The notes beneath the pieces were generated by a model. It saw only the letters and a list, made by a program, of their open reading frames with translations, made no database searches and was not told where the DNA came from. Made by a program: the position numbers and the translations under genes. 64,000 nucleotides of DNA from a virus: the IMG/VR virus record IMGVR_UViG_3300031688_000003, positions 32,001-96,000 of that record. One strand, written 5' to 3'. Within the stretch, counting starts at the first letter, position 1. Each line of letters starts with the position of its first letter. Positions 10,301 to 21,000 of this stretch are shown here, piece after piece.

Positions 10301-10972
10301 GCTGGTGTTGATGGACAAGATAAAGCTTTAATAAGACAAACAATTTTAGCTTGTAATGCTACATCAGGTTCAGCAATACCTGCTCTTACATCAATAGAAT
10401 ATGCAGCATATAGATTTGAGTCTGTATATTTAAATGTAGAAGGTATTACAAACTGGAAAAATAACTTAATTGTAACAGCTAATCCTTATAATTCAACTGT
10501 TACTACAACAAATGCAAACTCATTAGCTCCATTAACAGATCTTAATATAACTGTTGTTCCTTACATGGATGGTTACTTTGCAATTACAGGAAATCTAAAT
10601 GATTCTTTCACAAATGAATTAAATAAGTTAACTTGTATGAGCTCAGTAACTGCAGCAAATGCTTGTCCTATTGCTGGAGTTTCAGTAACAATGGGAGGAT
10701 CAAACACTTATCAAGAAGCAACTATAGCAACAAATACTTCTGCAGGAGCATGTACAAGAGGATCAGGTGCATCAATATATAATACTACTGGTATTGAATT
10801 TGATATTACTTCTAGAGCATATAGTACATCACAAGGTGCATTAGATAAGGATTATAAATTAGAATTAATTCATGATAGATGGTATGCTAGAGCAGCTGGA
10901 GGTACAGGTTTACCAGTAGCTCAGTATTCAAGAATATATCCACATTGGAAAAACCCTACAACATGTGCTTAA
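7337..10972 (+). CDS. Virion structural/fibre-associated protein (1211 aa): Cys-rich N-terminus, coiled coil, FN3-like and vWA-like regions
   Basis: N-terminal CVNTSSDCVIWQGPNLPCIDLC motif; heptad segment (EILTLQGQVANHEGRIVSLE); FN3-like segment (SVSWTV...SFTGLNEGAAYILQI); DLIVFIDTG...LFSFIDQ Rossmann/vWA-like strands. Confidence 0.65.
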   Translation: MIPFNSNKTGGCVNTSSDCVIWQGPNLPCIDLCQGDSISNVIAKLCEELLSLSRSSGGGGATLQLARVNQAGLQNKEGQQASIANSETELQNLIIENVVQARLANQSDFDQEDVRNTPISLPEVLQYQDPNTSTIVRALPLQQYAILLGTRISQTTSEILTLQGQVANHEGRIVSLESTEKRNKQNPTEKQIVPVCVGTPGRLTNVSTALTSLEQAFCGLQQGTGPKSDLAASIGYQDASLNSQTRLNGSGTMSAITGWVNSPQNLAQSFSNAWLTINDMRNAVVSLIDDVIPTACKDITYNFFGNVLGTAGASTGINMNFTQSSIPKSFYDCDRSQGSKITITDSSGSSQTFHKQIHQLQNTQAGVTLHTTSLDAASPTFSVETQFCFTNGQGSECANTITKLLTSIDICPILTLGTPGLTSVSWTVNAQYLPATYSAQIQLLNSKGSVIASQVNNSPGAGWTGSFTGLNEGAAYILQISYGLTQGGSFEHVCPQQSFNTTGTTCTDLSVLAASYKSVITDLNYNVAGSFTPIACDDLRNPGVNMGDIILAGFTSADGSVPGVLKNNTIWSENLTPCRSGKISANGVSIDFNNPTKSLITNSVTKARVDTTTNTLGDGWRYTDAITSSSGVAKYVYAETNTNAAATIVPQVYFSCVGDEVNISQAEWTTWVPQSTVQYGFRANYNYQIAHGNTVGSSSLTYNVGPGRFGTTTFTPNVIPAQTQQFTYLPLQGGQLKNTDSNTTKLTIGSKNSGDYVTSISRGFRPEHLDTDLIVFIDTGAYTETEGAAIKASMINVHQNIGSSCSGYTGKLYVLPISNCGFASNLTRGSASTYLSHHKIIASFGVGVTLTTSGAWSTITQTYSAATTPVGWWLNKADTTTLSEHCMLFSFIDQADTVTCEGTTYPLYSTATAGAAMQAPTTRYKDDYDDVMNILVDNNRNTTGDAGTFKGPSTWATAAAINTDFPLLHNALYRCDGHYVIPKQTGLHAGVDGQDKALIRQTILACNATSGSAIPALTSIEYAAYRFESVYLNVEGITNWKNNLIVTANPYNSTVTTTNANSLAPLTDLNITVVPYMDGYFAITGNLNDSFTNELNKLTCMSSVTAANACPIAGVSVTMGGSNTYQEATIATNTSAGACTRGSGASIYNTTGIEFDITSRAYSTSQGALDKDYKLELIHDRWYARAAGGTGLPVAQYSRIYPHWKNPTTCA

Positions 10973-10990
10973 TAAATAAAAATAAATAAA

Positions 10991-11545
10991 ATGGGATGTA
11001 ATTGTAATTCTAGTAACTGTAAGTCAACACCTTGTGCGTGTAAAGATACAGGTTTAACAACACCATGTGCATATTCACAATGTACTGGGGTTAATGTAGA
11101 AATGTGTGCAGAATGTTTATGTGCAGAATGTATAACATGGTGTCAAAATACTATTGAAGTAAAAGATGCTAGTAATAATATATTTACTATTGCTAAAGGA
11201 GAAAGATTTTCTGCAATATTACAAAGAGTAGCTCTCTTTATAAAAAACCCAAATACTGCTACTAGTTCTATACAATATTTGTATATTGTTAATAAGACTT
11301 CTACAACAGTTACATTAGGATGGGCAGGTGTTCCCGCTTCATCAGCTTCTTTAAACGTGAAGTTCAAAATATCAACAGCAGGATCATATACAGCTGCTCC
11401 AAGTGGAACAGCTATATCAACAGCATTAGCAACATTTACTGTAACAGGTTTAACTGCTAATACTGTATATAAATTCCAAGTTGATACAAATTTAGGTGGT
11501 ACATTACACGGATCAGTAGAGACATATTGCACAACAAACCCATAG
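10991..11545 (+). CDS. Cys-rich protein with C-terminal FN3 domain (184 aa), probable virion decoration/fibre component
   Basis: Eleven Cys in the first 51 aa, followed by TTVTLGW...FTVTGLTANTVYKFQV (FN3 signature). Confidence 0.75.
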   Translation: MGCNCNSSNCKSTPCACKDTGLTTPCAYSQCTGVNVEMCAECLCAECITWCQNTIEVKDASNNIFTIAKGERFSAILQRVALFIKNPNTATSSIQYLYIVNKTSTTVTLGWAGVPASSASLNVKFKISTAGSYTAAPSGTAISTALATFTVTGLTANTVYKFQVDTNLGGTLHGSVETYCTTNP

Positions 11546-11586
11546 CGAGAGGAGTAGTGTTTTGTTGGTTTCATTGCACGCTTGCT

Positions 11587-11636
11587 GAGAAGGTCCTATG
11601 AAAATGGGGCCTTTTCTATTTTATATGTTTTTTTTT
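11587..11636 (+). terminator. Intrinsic (rho-independent) terminator
   Basis: Stem gagaaggtcct / ggggccttttc (11 bp including G-U pairs) with an 8-nt loop, followed by T-rich tracts. It lies 41 nt after the stop at 11545. Confidence 0.7.
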
Positions 11637-11637
11637 A

Positions 11638-11645
11638 TATCTTTG
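11638..11645 (+). promoter_or_regulatory. Bacteroidota housekeeping-type -7 promoter element TAnnTTTG (TATCTTTG)
   Basis: Exact match to the TAnnTTTG consensus, 25 nt upstream of the phosphoesterase ATG and just after a terminator. No clear -33 TTTG element was seen. Confidence 0.55.
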
Positions 11646-11670
11646 TAGCACTAATCAAAATAATTTATAT

Positions 11671-12852
11671 ATGGATTCTATCCTTGAAAAAATCAAATCT
11701 TCTCTTAAATGGAAGAAGAACTCTGAGTATTGTGCAGAAAAGTTAAGCATCACAATAGATGACTATGATACATTAAAAGAATATGTAAAATCTAAAGAAC
11801 TACTAGATGATGGTGCATCATCATATGAGTATGACTTAGAAAAAGGTCAAGCAAAAATGGAGACAGTAAGTTCTACTGAACCAAAATCTCCTGAAGAAAT
11901 AATTGATATATTAAATATTGATATAACTCAGTGGAAGTTATCAAGTTATTGGAATAAACAAATGGGTGATCACTGGAGAGTTTCTGCAATGGTTACAAGA
12001 CTTAAAGATAATGATGTAGATAATGTTGCTGAATTATTAAAAGGGTTTAAACCTAAAACATATAAAGAAGTTAAAAGAATTAAAACTCCAGGTAAAATTA
12101 AAACAGCTGGGGTTTTATCATTACAGGACATACATTTTGGTAAAGAAGGGAATGATACTATAGATGAATGTTTTGAAAAAACAATTAAAGATTTAATGGA
12201 AAGAGCTTCTAGCTCACACCATATAGAAAAAATGTATTATGTGATAGGAGGTGATGTAATCAACATGGATACATGGAATGGCTCTACTACTGCAGGAACG
12301 CCTCTAGACAACTGTATGACAGCCACAGAGGCATATGTACAAGCTTTTGACGCCCTTCAGTGGAGTATTAACTACATTAAACAATTTTGTGATGAATTAC
12401 AAGTTATATATATACCAGGTAATCATGATAGATTATCATCATTTCATTTAGCTCATGCTTTATCTAAGTGTTTTGATAATCCAGAAATAGTATGGGATAC
12501 TGTTTATCTAGAAAGAAAAGTATTTGTTTATGAAGATAACTTCTTTGCATTTGAACATGGTGATGTTAATACTAAGAACTCATTACTAGTTTACTCTATG
12601 GAGTATCCAAGACAATGGGGTAAGACATTATTTAGAACATTATATACAGGACATTATCATCACAAGAAAAAAATAGAATATATAACTGAACATGAGAATA
12701 CAGGGTTCATGCTTAAAATATTACCAAGTCTTTCAAAGACAGATTATTACCATTATCATAATAAATTTATAGGTTCTAGGAGATCTGGTGTATTATCTTT
12801 ACATAGTCCTACTAAGGGTGAAATATGTGAATTAACTTATTCTCCAGAATAA
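11671..12852 (+). CDS. Calcineurin-like metallophosphoesterase (393 aa)
   Basis: Ordered motifs DIH (LQDIHFG), GD (IGGDVIN), GNHD (IPGNHDR), H (FEHGD) and GHxH (TGHYHH). Confidence 0.92.
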   Translation: MDSILEKIKSSLKWKKNSEYCAEKLSITIDDYDTLKEYVKSKELLDDGASSYEYDLEKGQAKMETVSSTEPKSPEEIIDILNIDITQWKLSSYWNKQMGDHWRVSAMVTRLKDNDVDNVAELLKGFKPKTYKEVKRIKTPGKIKTAGVLSLQDIHFGKEGNDTIDECFEKTIKDLMERASSSHHIEKMYYVIGGDVINMDTWNGSTTAGTPLDNCMTATEAYVQAFDALQWSINYIKQFCDELQVIYIPGNHDRLSSFHLAHALSKCFDNPEIVWDTVYLERKVFVYEDNFFAFEHGDVNTKNSLLVYSMEYPRQWGKTLFRTLYTGHYHHKKKIEYITEHENTGFMLKILPSLSKTDYYHYHNKFIGSRRSGVLSLHSPTKGEICELTYSPE

Positions 12853-12887
12853 TCTACTATTAAACTTTTATAAATGACTTATTTTTT

Positions 12888-12907
12888 GTAAATTATAACT
12901 ATATATG
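12888..12907 (+). promoter_or_regulatory. Degenerate copy of the putative late promoter motif (GTAAATTATAACTATATATG)
   Basis: Intergenic and immediately upstream of ATG 12909; shares the GTA(T/A)ATTATAA core with 7298 and 30524. Confidence 0.4.
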
Positions 12908-12908
12908 T

Positions 12909-13427
12909 ATGTTAAACAATTTTAAAAAACCTGATTTAAATAAACCCAGGTATAGAGAAAAAGTACATGGGCTATTAAACTCTAAAACTTTAAATGATTT
13001 TAAAGAGAAATATCCAATATATGCAGACATAGATAATGATAAACTTAAAAAGATAATTAAATGTTTCAATGGAAAAATATGGGAGAATGTAATAGATAAT
13101 AGAAATGGTGTAGAATTACCAGATAGTTTAGGATACTTGTTCATAGGAACTTGTCCATCTCCAAAGAGTGTCAATACTGATTATTCAGTTTCTAATAAGT
13201 ATGGTAAAGTAATTCAAAACAAAAACTGGGAAACCAGTGGGAACATTGCAAAGATATTCTACACAAACTATTCTACAAGATACCGTTTCAGAAACAGAGA
13301 GCTTTGGCAGTTTACAGCTATAAGACAATTTAAAAGGGCTGTTGCAAAAATATACCCTAAACAATGGAAAAATTACATTGTGATGGGTAATAAAAAAAGA
13401 GTAGCAGATATATATAAAAAGAAATAA
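12909..13427 (+). CDS. IHF/HU-like DNA-binding protein of the crAss-like tail module (172 aa)
   Basis: Basic protein with helices followed by VELPDSLGYLFI, resembling the HU/IHF V.L.GFG.F strand. It sits directly before the ring/muzzle genes, where crAss-like phages carry IHF-like genes. Confidence 0.55.
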   Translation: MLNNFKKPDLNKPRYREKVHGLLNSKTLNDFKEKYPIYADIDNDKLKKIIKCFNGKIWENVIDNRNGVELPDSLGYLFIGTCPSPKSVNTDYSVSNKYGKVIQNKNWETSGNIAKIFYTNYSTRYRFRNRELWQFTAIRQFKRAVAKIYPKQWKNYIVMGNKKRVADIYKKK

Positions 13428-13433
13428 AAAGCA

Positions 13434-14105
13434 ATGACAACTATAGGAGATATTGTATCAAGAGTTAGGAATCAGATTAAAGGTGAAGTTCAAGATGCTT
13501 TTATGACTGATAGATTTATATACAGTATGGTTATTAAATATGCTCAACTTCTAATGAGAAGACAAGACCATGCTAATAAACTAATGAAATTTAATAGTGT
13601 TTGGCAAACTCTACCTTTTCTTGAACTTATAGATGTTGATAAGGTTGAGGCAGAGTGTAGTGGTATTCAGAGTGGAATTACAATCAAAAGAACAAAAGAA
13701 AAACTACCTACATTCTTTGAGGGATATTGGGGACCACTCATTAGGACCGTATCATCTATTGATGGCTCTATTGAATGTCAACCAACACAACCTGGTACTT
13801 TTACATCTATGAGTAAAACTACTTCCTTTAAGTATAACAAAAGAAAATATTTCTGGTTCTTGAATGATTATCTATACTTACCTAATGTGTATTGGGATGC
13901 AATAAAACTTGAAGGAGTTTTTGAAAAAGATATATCTAGTTTTACATGTGATACTAGTGATGATTGTTTACCAAGATATAAACAGCAAATTAATATTCCT
14001 GAATTTCTTTATGCAGAAATTGAACAACAAGTTCTTACAGTTATGTTACAAAGAATAAATATTCCAGCTGACGATTCAGATAACAAGAAAAACCCCCATA
14101 GATAA
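13434..14105 (+). CDS. Tail ring / head-tail adaptor-type protein (223 aa)
   Basis: Helical N-terminus, beta-rich middle (YFWFLNDYLYL) and C-terminal IPEFL...QRINIPADDSDN. Its size and position upstream of the muzzle match crAss-like ring proteins. Confidence 0.6.
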   Translation: MTTIGDIVSRVRNQIKGEVQDAFMTDRFIYSMVIKYAQLLMRRQDHANKLMKFNSVWQTLPFLELIDVDKVEAECSGIQSGITIKRTKEKLPTFFEGYWGPLIRTVSSIDGSIECQPTQPGTFTSMSKTTSFKYNKRKYFWFLNDYLYLPNVYWDAIKLEGVFEKDISSFTCDTSDDCLPRYKQQINIPEFLYAEIEQQVLTVMLQRINIPADDSDNKKNPHR

Positions 14106-15022
14106 TGAGTTTATCACATAAATATAGAACATTTGATCAACTTCTTGAAGATGTATCAGTAGACTTTTCTACATATGCATTAGAAGGAATGATAGAACCT
14201 CAACAATTAATTAAAGTTGCACAACGTGTTAACTATGATCTAGGTTTAAAGATACATCAAAGTAGAGAAACTATAATTGATGCTGAACATAATAAAGCAC
14301 AACTTCCTTCTGATTTTACTACACTTAACTATGCATTTGTTTGTAGTGATTATAGAGTTGTAAACTCTCAACCATCAGGTACACACACTGATACTACACA
14401 ACCAAAATGGGTTCCAGATCCTGGACAACCAAACCAATGTGAAAATCCAGCAGATTGTAAAGGTGTATGTGTAATTAAAACATGTCCTAAAGATGATGGT
14501 AGAGGAAGTACTACATATGGTGGTGGATATGTTGTATTGCAGAGATTAAATCCTGAAACATATAGAGAGTTTTCATCCTTCTTTCCATTACGTATTACAA
14601 ATACAAGTAATGTAAGTTGTGAGTGTCCCAATTTAAATACACAATCTCCTAATGTAGCTGAAATACAAGATGGATATTTATTAACTACATTTACAACAGG
14701 TAAAATATATATAAGTTATCAAGGATCACTAGAAAATAATGATGGTGACTTATTAGTTCTTGATCATCCTTATTGTAATGAGTATTATGAATATGCCCTT
14801 AAAGAGAGAATATTAGAAAATATGTTATTTGCTGGAGAGAATGTTGCACAGCAATTAGGATTGATTCAGGGTAAATTAAAAGCATCAAGGAATAACGCAT
14901 TGAGTTTTGTTAACACACCAGACTTTGAAGAAATGAGAAAACTATGGACTGTAAATAGAAGAGCACAAATGCACAACTATTATGATATGTTTAGAAGTGA
15001 TGCCCCAAACCCTAGATCATAA
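14105..15022 (+). CDS. Tail tubular/ring protein (P22 gp4-like position in crAss-like phages), 305 aa, with a Cys-rich insert
   Basis: Translationally coupled to the upstream gene (TAATG) and immediately precedes the muzzle. It contains DGYLLTTFTTGKIYISYQG...LLVLDHP and an internal C-x-rich loop. Confidence 0.6.
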   Translation: MSLSHKYRTFDQLLEDVSVDFSTYALEGMIEPQQLIKVAQRVNYDLGLKIHQSRETIIDAEHNKAQLPSDFTTLNYAFVCSDYRVVNSQPSGTHTDTTQPKWVPDPGQPNQCENPADCKGVCVIKTCPKDDGRGSTTYGGGYVVLQRLNPETYREFSSFFPLRITNTSNVSCECPNLNTQSPNVAEIQDGYLLTTFTTGKIYISYQGSLENNDGDLLVLDHPYCNEYYEYALKERILENMLFAGENVAQQLGLIQGKLKASRNNALSFVNTPDFEEMRKLWTVNRRAQMHNYYDMFRSDAPNPRS

Positions 15023-15033
15023 CTAATTGAAAA

Positions 15034-18000
15034 ATGGCTAAAAAACAAACTCCAAACCCATCATTACCACAACAGACTTCATCAACAGAATCTAATCTGT
15101 TTATGAAAGGAATGATAAAGGACACCTTCCCTTCTATATCTGGAAAAGAAGTATGGGAACATGCTATAAATGTTATTAATAATTCAATTGATGGTGACAC
15201 TGGAGTTATAGGAAATGAACCAGCAAATTTTGAATGTGCAGAAATTCCATATACTATAATAGGGTCAATACATATTTATGGTGATCATTGGGCTATTTTT
15301 TCTACAGATGACTTTTCCTCTGAGATAGGTACATTTGATGATAGTAAATGTGAATATACAAGATTAATAAATGATCAATGTTTAAACTTCAACAGGGAAC
15401 ATTTAATAATAGGAGCTGCTAAAGAAAACTTTGAATGCAAGTATCAAATATATTGGGATGATTCAGTAAATCCATCTAGAACTTTAACACTAGAAGATCC
15501 TCCATATTTAAGAATTGAAGTATCTGGACCAAGTTTAAATGGTGCTCCTTGTTCTATATATGAAAACATACAACCACTTACACTAGATTGTGAAAGAATA
15601 AGACTAGCCCCTTTAATTGATACACCATGTTTAGATCTTCAAAAAGCTCCAGAAGGTGGTTCATTAAGAAATGGTATGTATCAAGCTTTTATTGCTTATA
15701 CTATTAATGAACAAGTATATGGAGACTTTATTGGTATTTCAAATCAACAGTCTTTATTTGAACATGATGATAGTGCAGGCTCTTTAATACTAACTTTATC
15801 ACACCTAGATAAAAACTTTGATAATTATAAACTTGTAATTTTAGGTAATAATCAAGAAGAATTTAAATTTTCTGAAGTTGGTGAGTATAGTACAGAACAA
15901 ACAACTATTAAACTAGATTATCTTGATCAAAAATTAAAGTCTGTTCCTACTGAGTATATGAATAAATTAACACCTGCATTAGAAAAGTCAAAAGGTATGT
16001 TTGTTGTCAATGACTATTTAGTTAGAACACAACCTACAAATCAATTTGATTTTAATTATCAACCTCTTGCAAATAGAATAGCTTGTAACTGGACATCTGT
16101 AGAATATCCAGCAGATTATTATTATAATGGAGGTAATAAACCAACATTCCTAAGAGACGAAAGATATGCATTCTTTATAAGATTCATATACAATACGGGT
16201 GAACGCTCATCATCATACCACATACCAGGAAGAGCTGCTACATACTATAGTGGAAGTGGTGTGTCTATGTTAGAAACTGATGTTATACCTGGAGATCCTA
16301 ATGCATTAGATCCTACTGATCAAATATTTAAGGTGCATAATACAGCATTTGTTTCACAATTAAATGTAAATACAGTACAACCTGATGGTGGAATTCTCAG
16401 GACTAGAGGTGAAATGGGCTATTGGGAATCAACAGAATTATATCCGCAAGATGCAGTTAGGTGGGGGGATCTGTGTGGTATGCCAATTAGACACCATAAG
16501 ATGCCTGATGAAAACACAGCTAATAATGGTACAACTGACAGAGCAACTCCAGGTGGAACTGGTATATATAATATTGCTGTAGAATTTACAGGTATACCAT
16601 GGCCAAGAGATAATGCAGGTAATCTAATACCTAACATTGTTGGTTATGAATTTTTAGTAGGATCAAGAGAAGGACATAAGTCTATTTTAGGAAAAGGTAT
16701 TCTTAAAAACATGGAACAATATATACCTTCTGATCCATCAGCAAGTGACGGATCTACATCTTTCTTTATACCTAATTATCCATATAATGATTTAACATCT
16801 GATCCATATATAAAAGGTCCTGGTGGTGGAGGTAGTGTAGGTTATGATAGTTGGTCAGGACTTGGTTATGAAGATTGGCTTCAAGGATGTGATAATCCAA
16901 CAGGTCCCTATAATAGATATTCAAATAGTGTATTTACATTTCATTCTCCAGATTTAATGTTTAATAGACCTTTCTTAAATGCATATGAATTAAAGTCATA
17001 TGGTGTTATATCAGGAACTCAAACAGGAAGATTTAAACCTTCAGAAAAACATCCAGGAGAAAAACTATTAAGAAACTCAACAGCTGTACTTGCAGCCTTC
17101 ATAGGTGTAGGATATGCTATATATGCCATGAGAGGTTCTACAGACCAAAAGATGACTACAGGACGTGTTCTGGATATGGGTTATAGAGAAGAAGGAGAAA
17201 TTACAAAACGTAGTGGAAATAATGGTACTTTTAGTGGAGGTGGTGCTTGGACAAATTTGGCTGGTTCATCTTATAATACAGGAACTTGGACTGGAGCAGG
17301 TGGTGGTAAAGGTACATTTAATGCATCAGCACCTAATAATGATAGGTGGCAATGGACTAGTGCTAATCAAATATCTGCAGCAAATAGAGCAAATTCACCT
17401 GGTACAGGTACTTATGATACTGCAGCCAATGGTTTGTTTCTTGGTTTAGGAGGAATTACTGGTGGAGCTGCATCAAATAAAGCAGGTGCTGTAACATGGC
17501 AAGCTGCACAAGCTACTAACTGGCAAGGTCAAGCTGGATCAATAGGACCTGGTCAAGAGATAGTTCAAAAAGGTACAAAGTTTAGTAATAAACCTTTTTG
17601 GATGGGTTTAATCAGTGGTGCACAAGAATTTATGAATTTTGTATCAACTGGTGGTCAAGAAATTATTGATTTAATTTATAATTTAACAAGCTTCAAACAA
17701 TATGTTTATAAATATAATAGTCATGGTTGGTACAGAAACATGTCAGCAAATCCAAATGGATCAATATTTAGACACTCCGTAAATAAATCAAGGTATTTAA
17801 ATGGTGCTATTTCTCAACTCACCCCAAGCATTAGAATTAATAATTTAAATAGACCTTTAACTGTAGCAGTTGAACTTGAAACTAATGGTAATGTAGATGT
17901 AAATGGACTACCCACTTCTAGTTTACCTTTACCTACGGGAGATAATTCTAAATATACTATAGGTACTGCACCAGGACAATGTGATTGGACTAACCCAGGA

Positions 18001-21000
18001 GGGGCAACTAGCTCAGGGATTGCAGCTCATTATTGTGCAATGAAGTATAATATAGATAATCAATATGGTCAACTAGAAGATATAAAACAAATACCTATTA
18101 GAGGATGCGTTGAATTTTTTGAAGACCAAATATTACTAGATGCAAGTGGTAACCCAATTATAAATAACTTAATAAGATTTAATTCTAAACCATTATTTGG
18201 TGGTGACTGCTATGTAAATAGATATACAGAGAAAGCTATTATGCCATTCTTCTGGGACTATTTAGCTGAAAATGAAAAAGATGGATTTGTATGGGATTAT
18301 AGATTATATCCTAATGTACCGTTTCCAACATATTGGATGAATACTGAAAAGTATAGACTTGATGAATTAACAAAACAGTTAGGTGGTGTTAATTTCGCTT
18401 TTGCAATAGCTTCAGGTTTTAATGGTGCCTTCCCTAATGATTATTATTACATGGATAGAGATCCAGCATCATGTAGTGGAGGTGGTTTATTTAGTAGCTT
18501 TAATGATGCAACAAATAGTAATCCAGGTTCATTATTTACTATACATGATGCATACATGTATCTTCACTGTAATGGAATTAATGATTTCTTTGTTGAGTCA
18601 GAATTAAATTTAGCTCAAAGAGATTGGGGGGAAGATATTGAAAAAAGACATTATGATAGTTTAACCTTTTCTGCATTGACAGATCTATTTCATGTAGATG
18701 GAATAAAGAAGGGTAATTATTATAAGTATGATAAGTCATTAAGTATTGAACAAAACTATAGTAGGACATTATCATGGGGGTTCATCCAGCCTAGATCATA
18801 TGATCCTACAGTAGCTGAAAAATGTTATATAACATGGAATAAAAGACTTGTGTATTCATTACAAGCTAAGAAAGAGGCTAAGAAGGATTTCTGGAGAGTC
18901 TTCCTTCCATTAAATTATAAAGAATTTAAGGACTCAGTTAATACTATTAAACCAATTAGCAAGACTGGTGCCATTGTATTATTTCCAAAACTTTCTCCAC
19001 AAATATTTACAGGTAATGATGAACTAACTACAGATGCTGGAACTAAAGTTGTTCTTGGTGATGGAGGATTATTTGCTGAAAGAAACTGGAGGGATATAGT
19101 AAACTCAGATATATCTCATGAATATGGATCATCTGAAAGTTCAAGAGCAGTGTTAAATACACCAATGGGATTATTTTTCATATCTCAAGAACAAGGAAAG
19201 ATATTTCAAACAGAAGGTAATTCACTAATCAATATTACTAATACAGGAATGAAGTGGTGGTTTAATAAATACTTACCATCACAACTATTAGCAACGTTCC
19301 CTGATGCTGAAGCATGTCCACAGATGATTGATAATCCAGTAGTATCTGCTGGTTGTCAAACTGTATATGATACAAACAATGATATTGTTTATTTTTCAAA
19401 AAGAGATTTTGCAGTAACTAATGCATTTGCAAATCAGTCAAACAACTGTATAGAGTATGTTCCATGTGAAGGGTTTTATCTAAATGAAACAATATGTAAC
19501 GGTGCATCACAAATAGTAACATGTCCAGATGGATATACTTATAATTCTGTTTCAGAAATGTGCGAGTTGATTACTTATGATTTACCTTTTGGACCACCAG
19601 CACCTGCATGTAAATTAGATATTGTTCTTTCTATTGATGCTTCATACTCAGTACCTTTACAATCTAATGTTAATAGCATGAGGTTAATTGTTCAAGGTAT
19701 TTTAGATGTGTTTGATAATGCTATGTCATTAGGTGATACACAAATAGGTATTATGGCTTGGGGAACTAGAGCATATGATGAAGGATCATTTAATGCTACT
19801 GCAATTGCATGTAATGGATTAAGAGCACCTGTAGCATTAACTTTTAACCCAAACTTATTAAATCAAACTACAGGTTTCATGAGTGAGTATACTTGTGCTT
19901 CTGGTACTTCAGCTTGTTGTCCAGGTGTACCTTGTGGTGGTAATGATTGTAATGTTACTGGGGGTACAGGATATGGAGATGCAGTATGGTCAGGTACAAA
20001 CTGGTTATTTAATCCTACACCAGGACCAGGTGGTACAGGTGCAAGACCTAATGTACCTAAAAAATTAATAATATTAAATGATGGTTGGGATGCAACATCA
20101 ACTGGTTGGGGTGGTACTAATCCAGATTCTACTGGAGCAGATAGAGCACTTACAAGACCTAATTATATAAACCTAGGTCAAACTTCTTCATTTGTAGCAA
20201 CACCAACAACACCTCCTATGGTAGCAACAGCTCCTGATACAGGTGTTGTAGGTAACATAAGTGCTGCACAACCTGATAACTTAGTTCAGTGGATACAAAC
20301 TAATATTCATGCAAATGCACAATATCAAGATCCTACTAATTCAAACTTTCTAGGTCAGTTAGAAATAATCCCTGGATGGTTAAAAAATAACAATACTCCA
20401 ACTGCAGCTGAAGAAGCTTATGCACAAAGTATTGCTGGATATGATGCTATAACAGGAGATCCTAATCCATATATGGCTGGTGACTTTCAAGCAGCTAATG
20501 TACAAGGTATTATAAATGACTTAGTTGAAAAAATATGTCCAGGTATTTTACCAAATTGTCCATCTGGTTGTACACCAGTTATACAAGGAGGTGTACCAAT
20601 GTGTGAATGTATAGATGAAGTTCCTGCTACATATGAAGATGTATTAACTTATATACCTTACCAATTAGAGAATCCTACATACTTCCAAGATGTTTCATGG
20701 ACAGTTAGTTATGATCCTAAAGCAAAAGCATGGATCTCATTTCATGATTGGCATCCTGAATTAGCATTCAATAGTATCAATCATTTCATGACATCTAAAA
20801 CAACAACAACTGAAATCCCACAATGTCCTCCTGGATATTCATTTAATAGTACTTTAGATGAATGTTGTATCACAGTAGCAGGATCTGATCCAGCATTTGT
20901 TGAAGTAAAATATATTCCATCAGATACAACTGTAGTAGATTCAGTCCAAACTGCTTTTTCAGTAGATACAGATATTGCATTAGTAATGGATGTATCTGGA

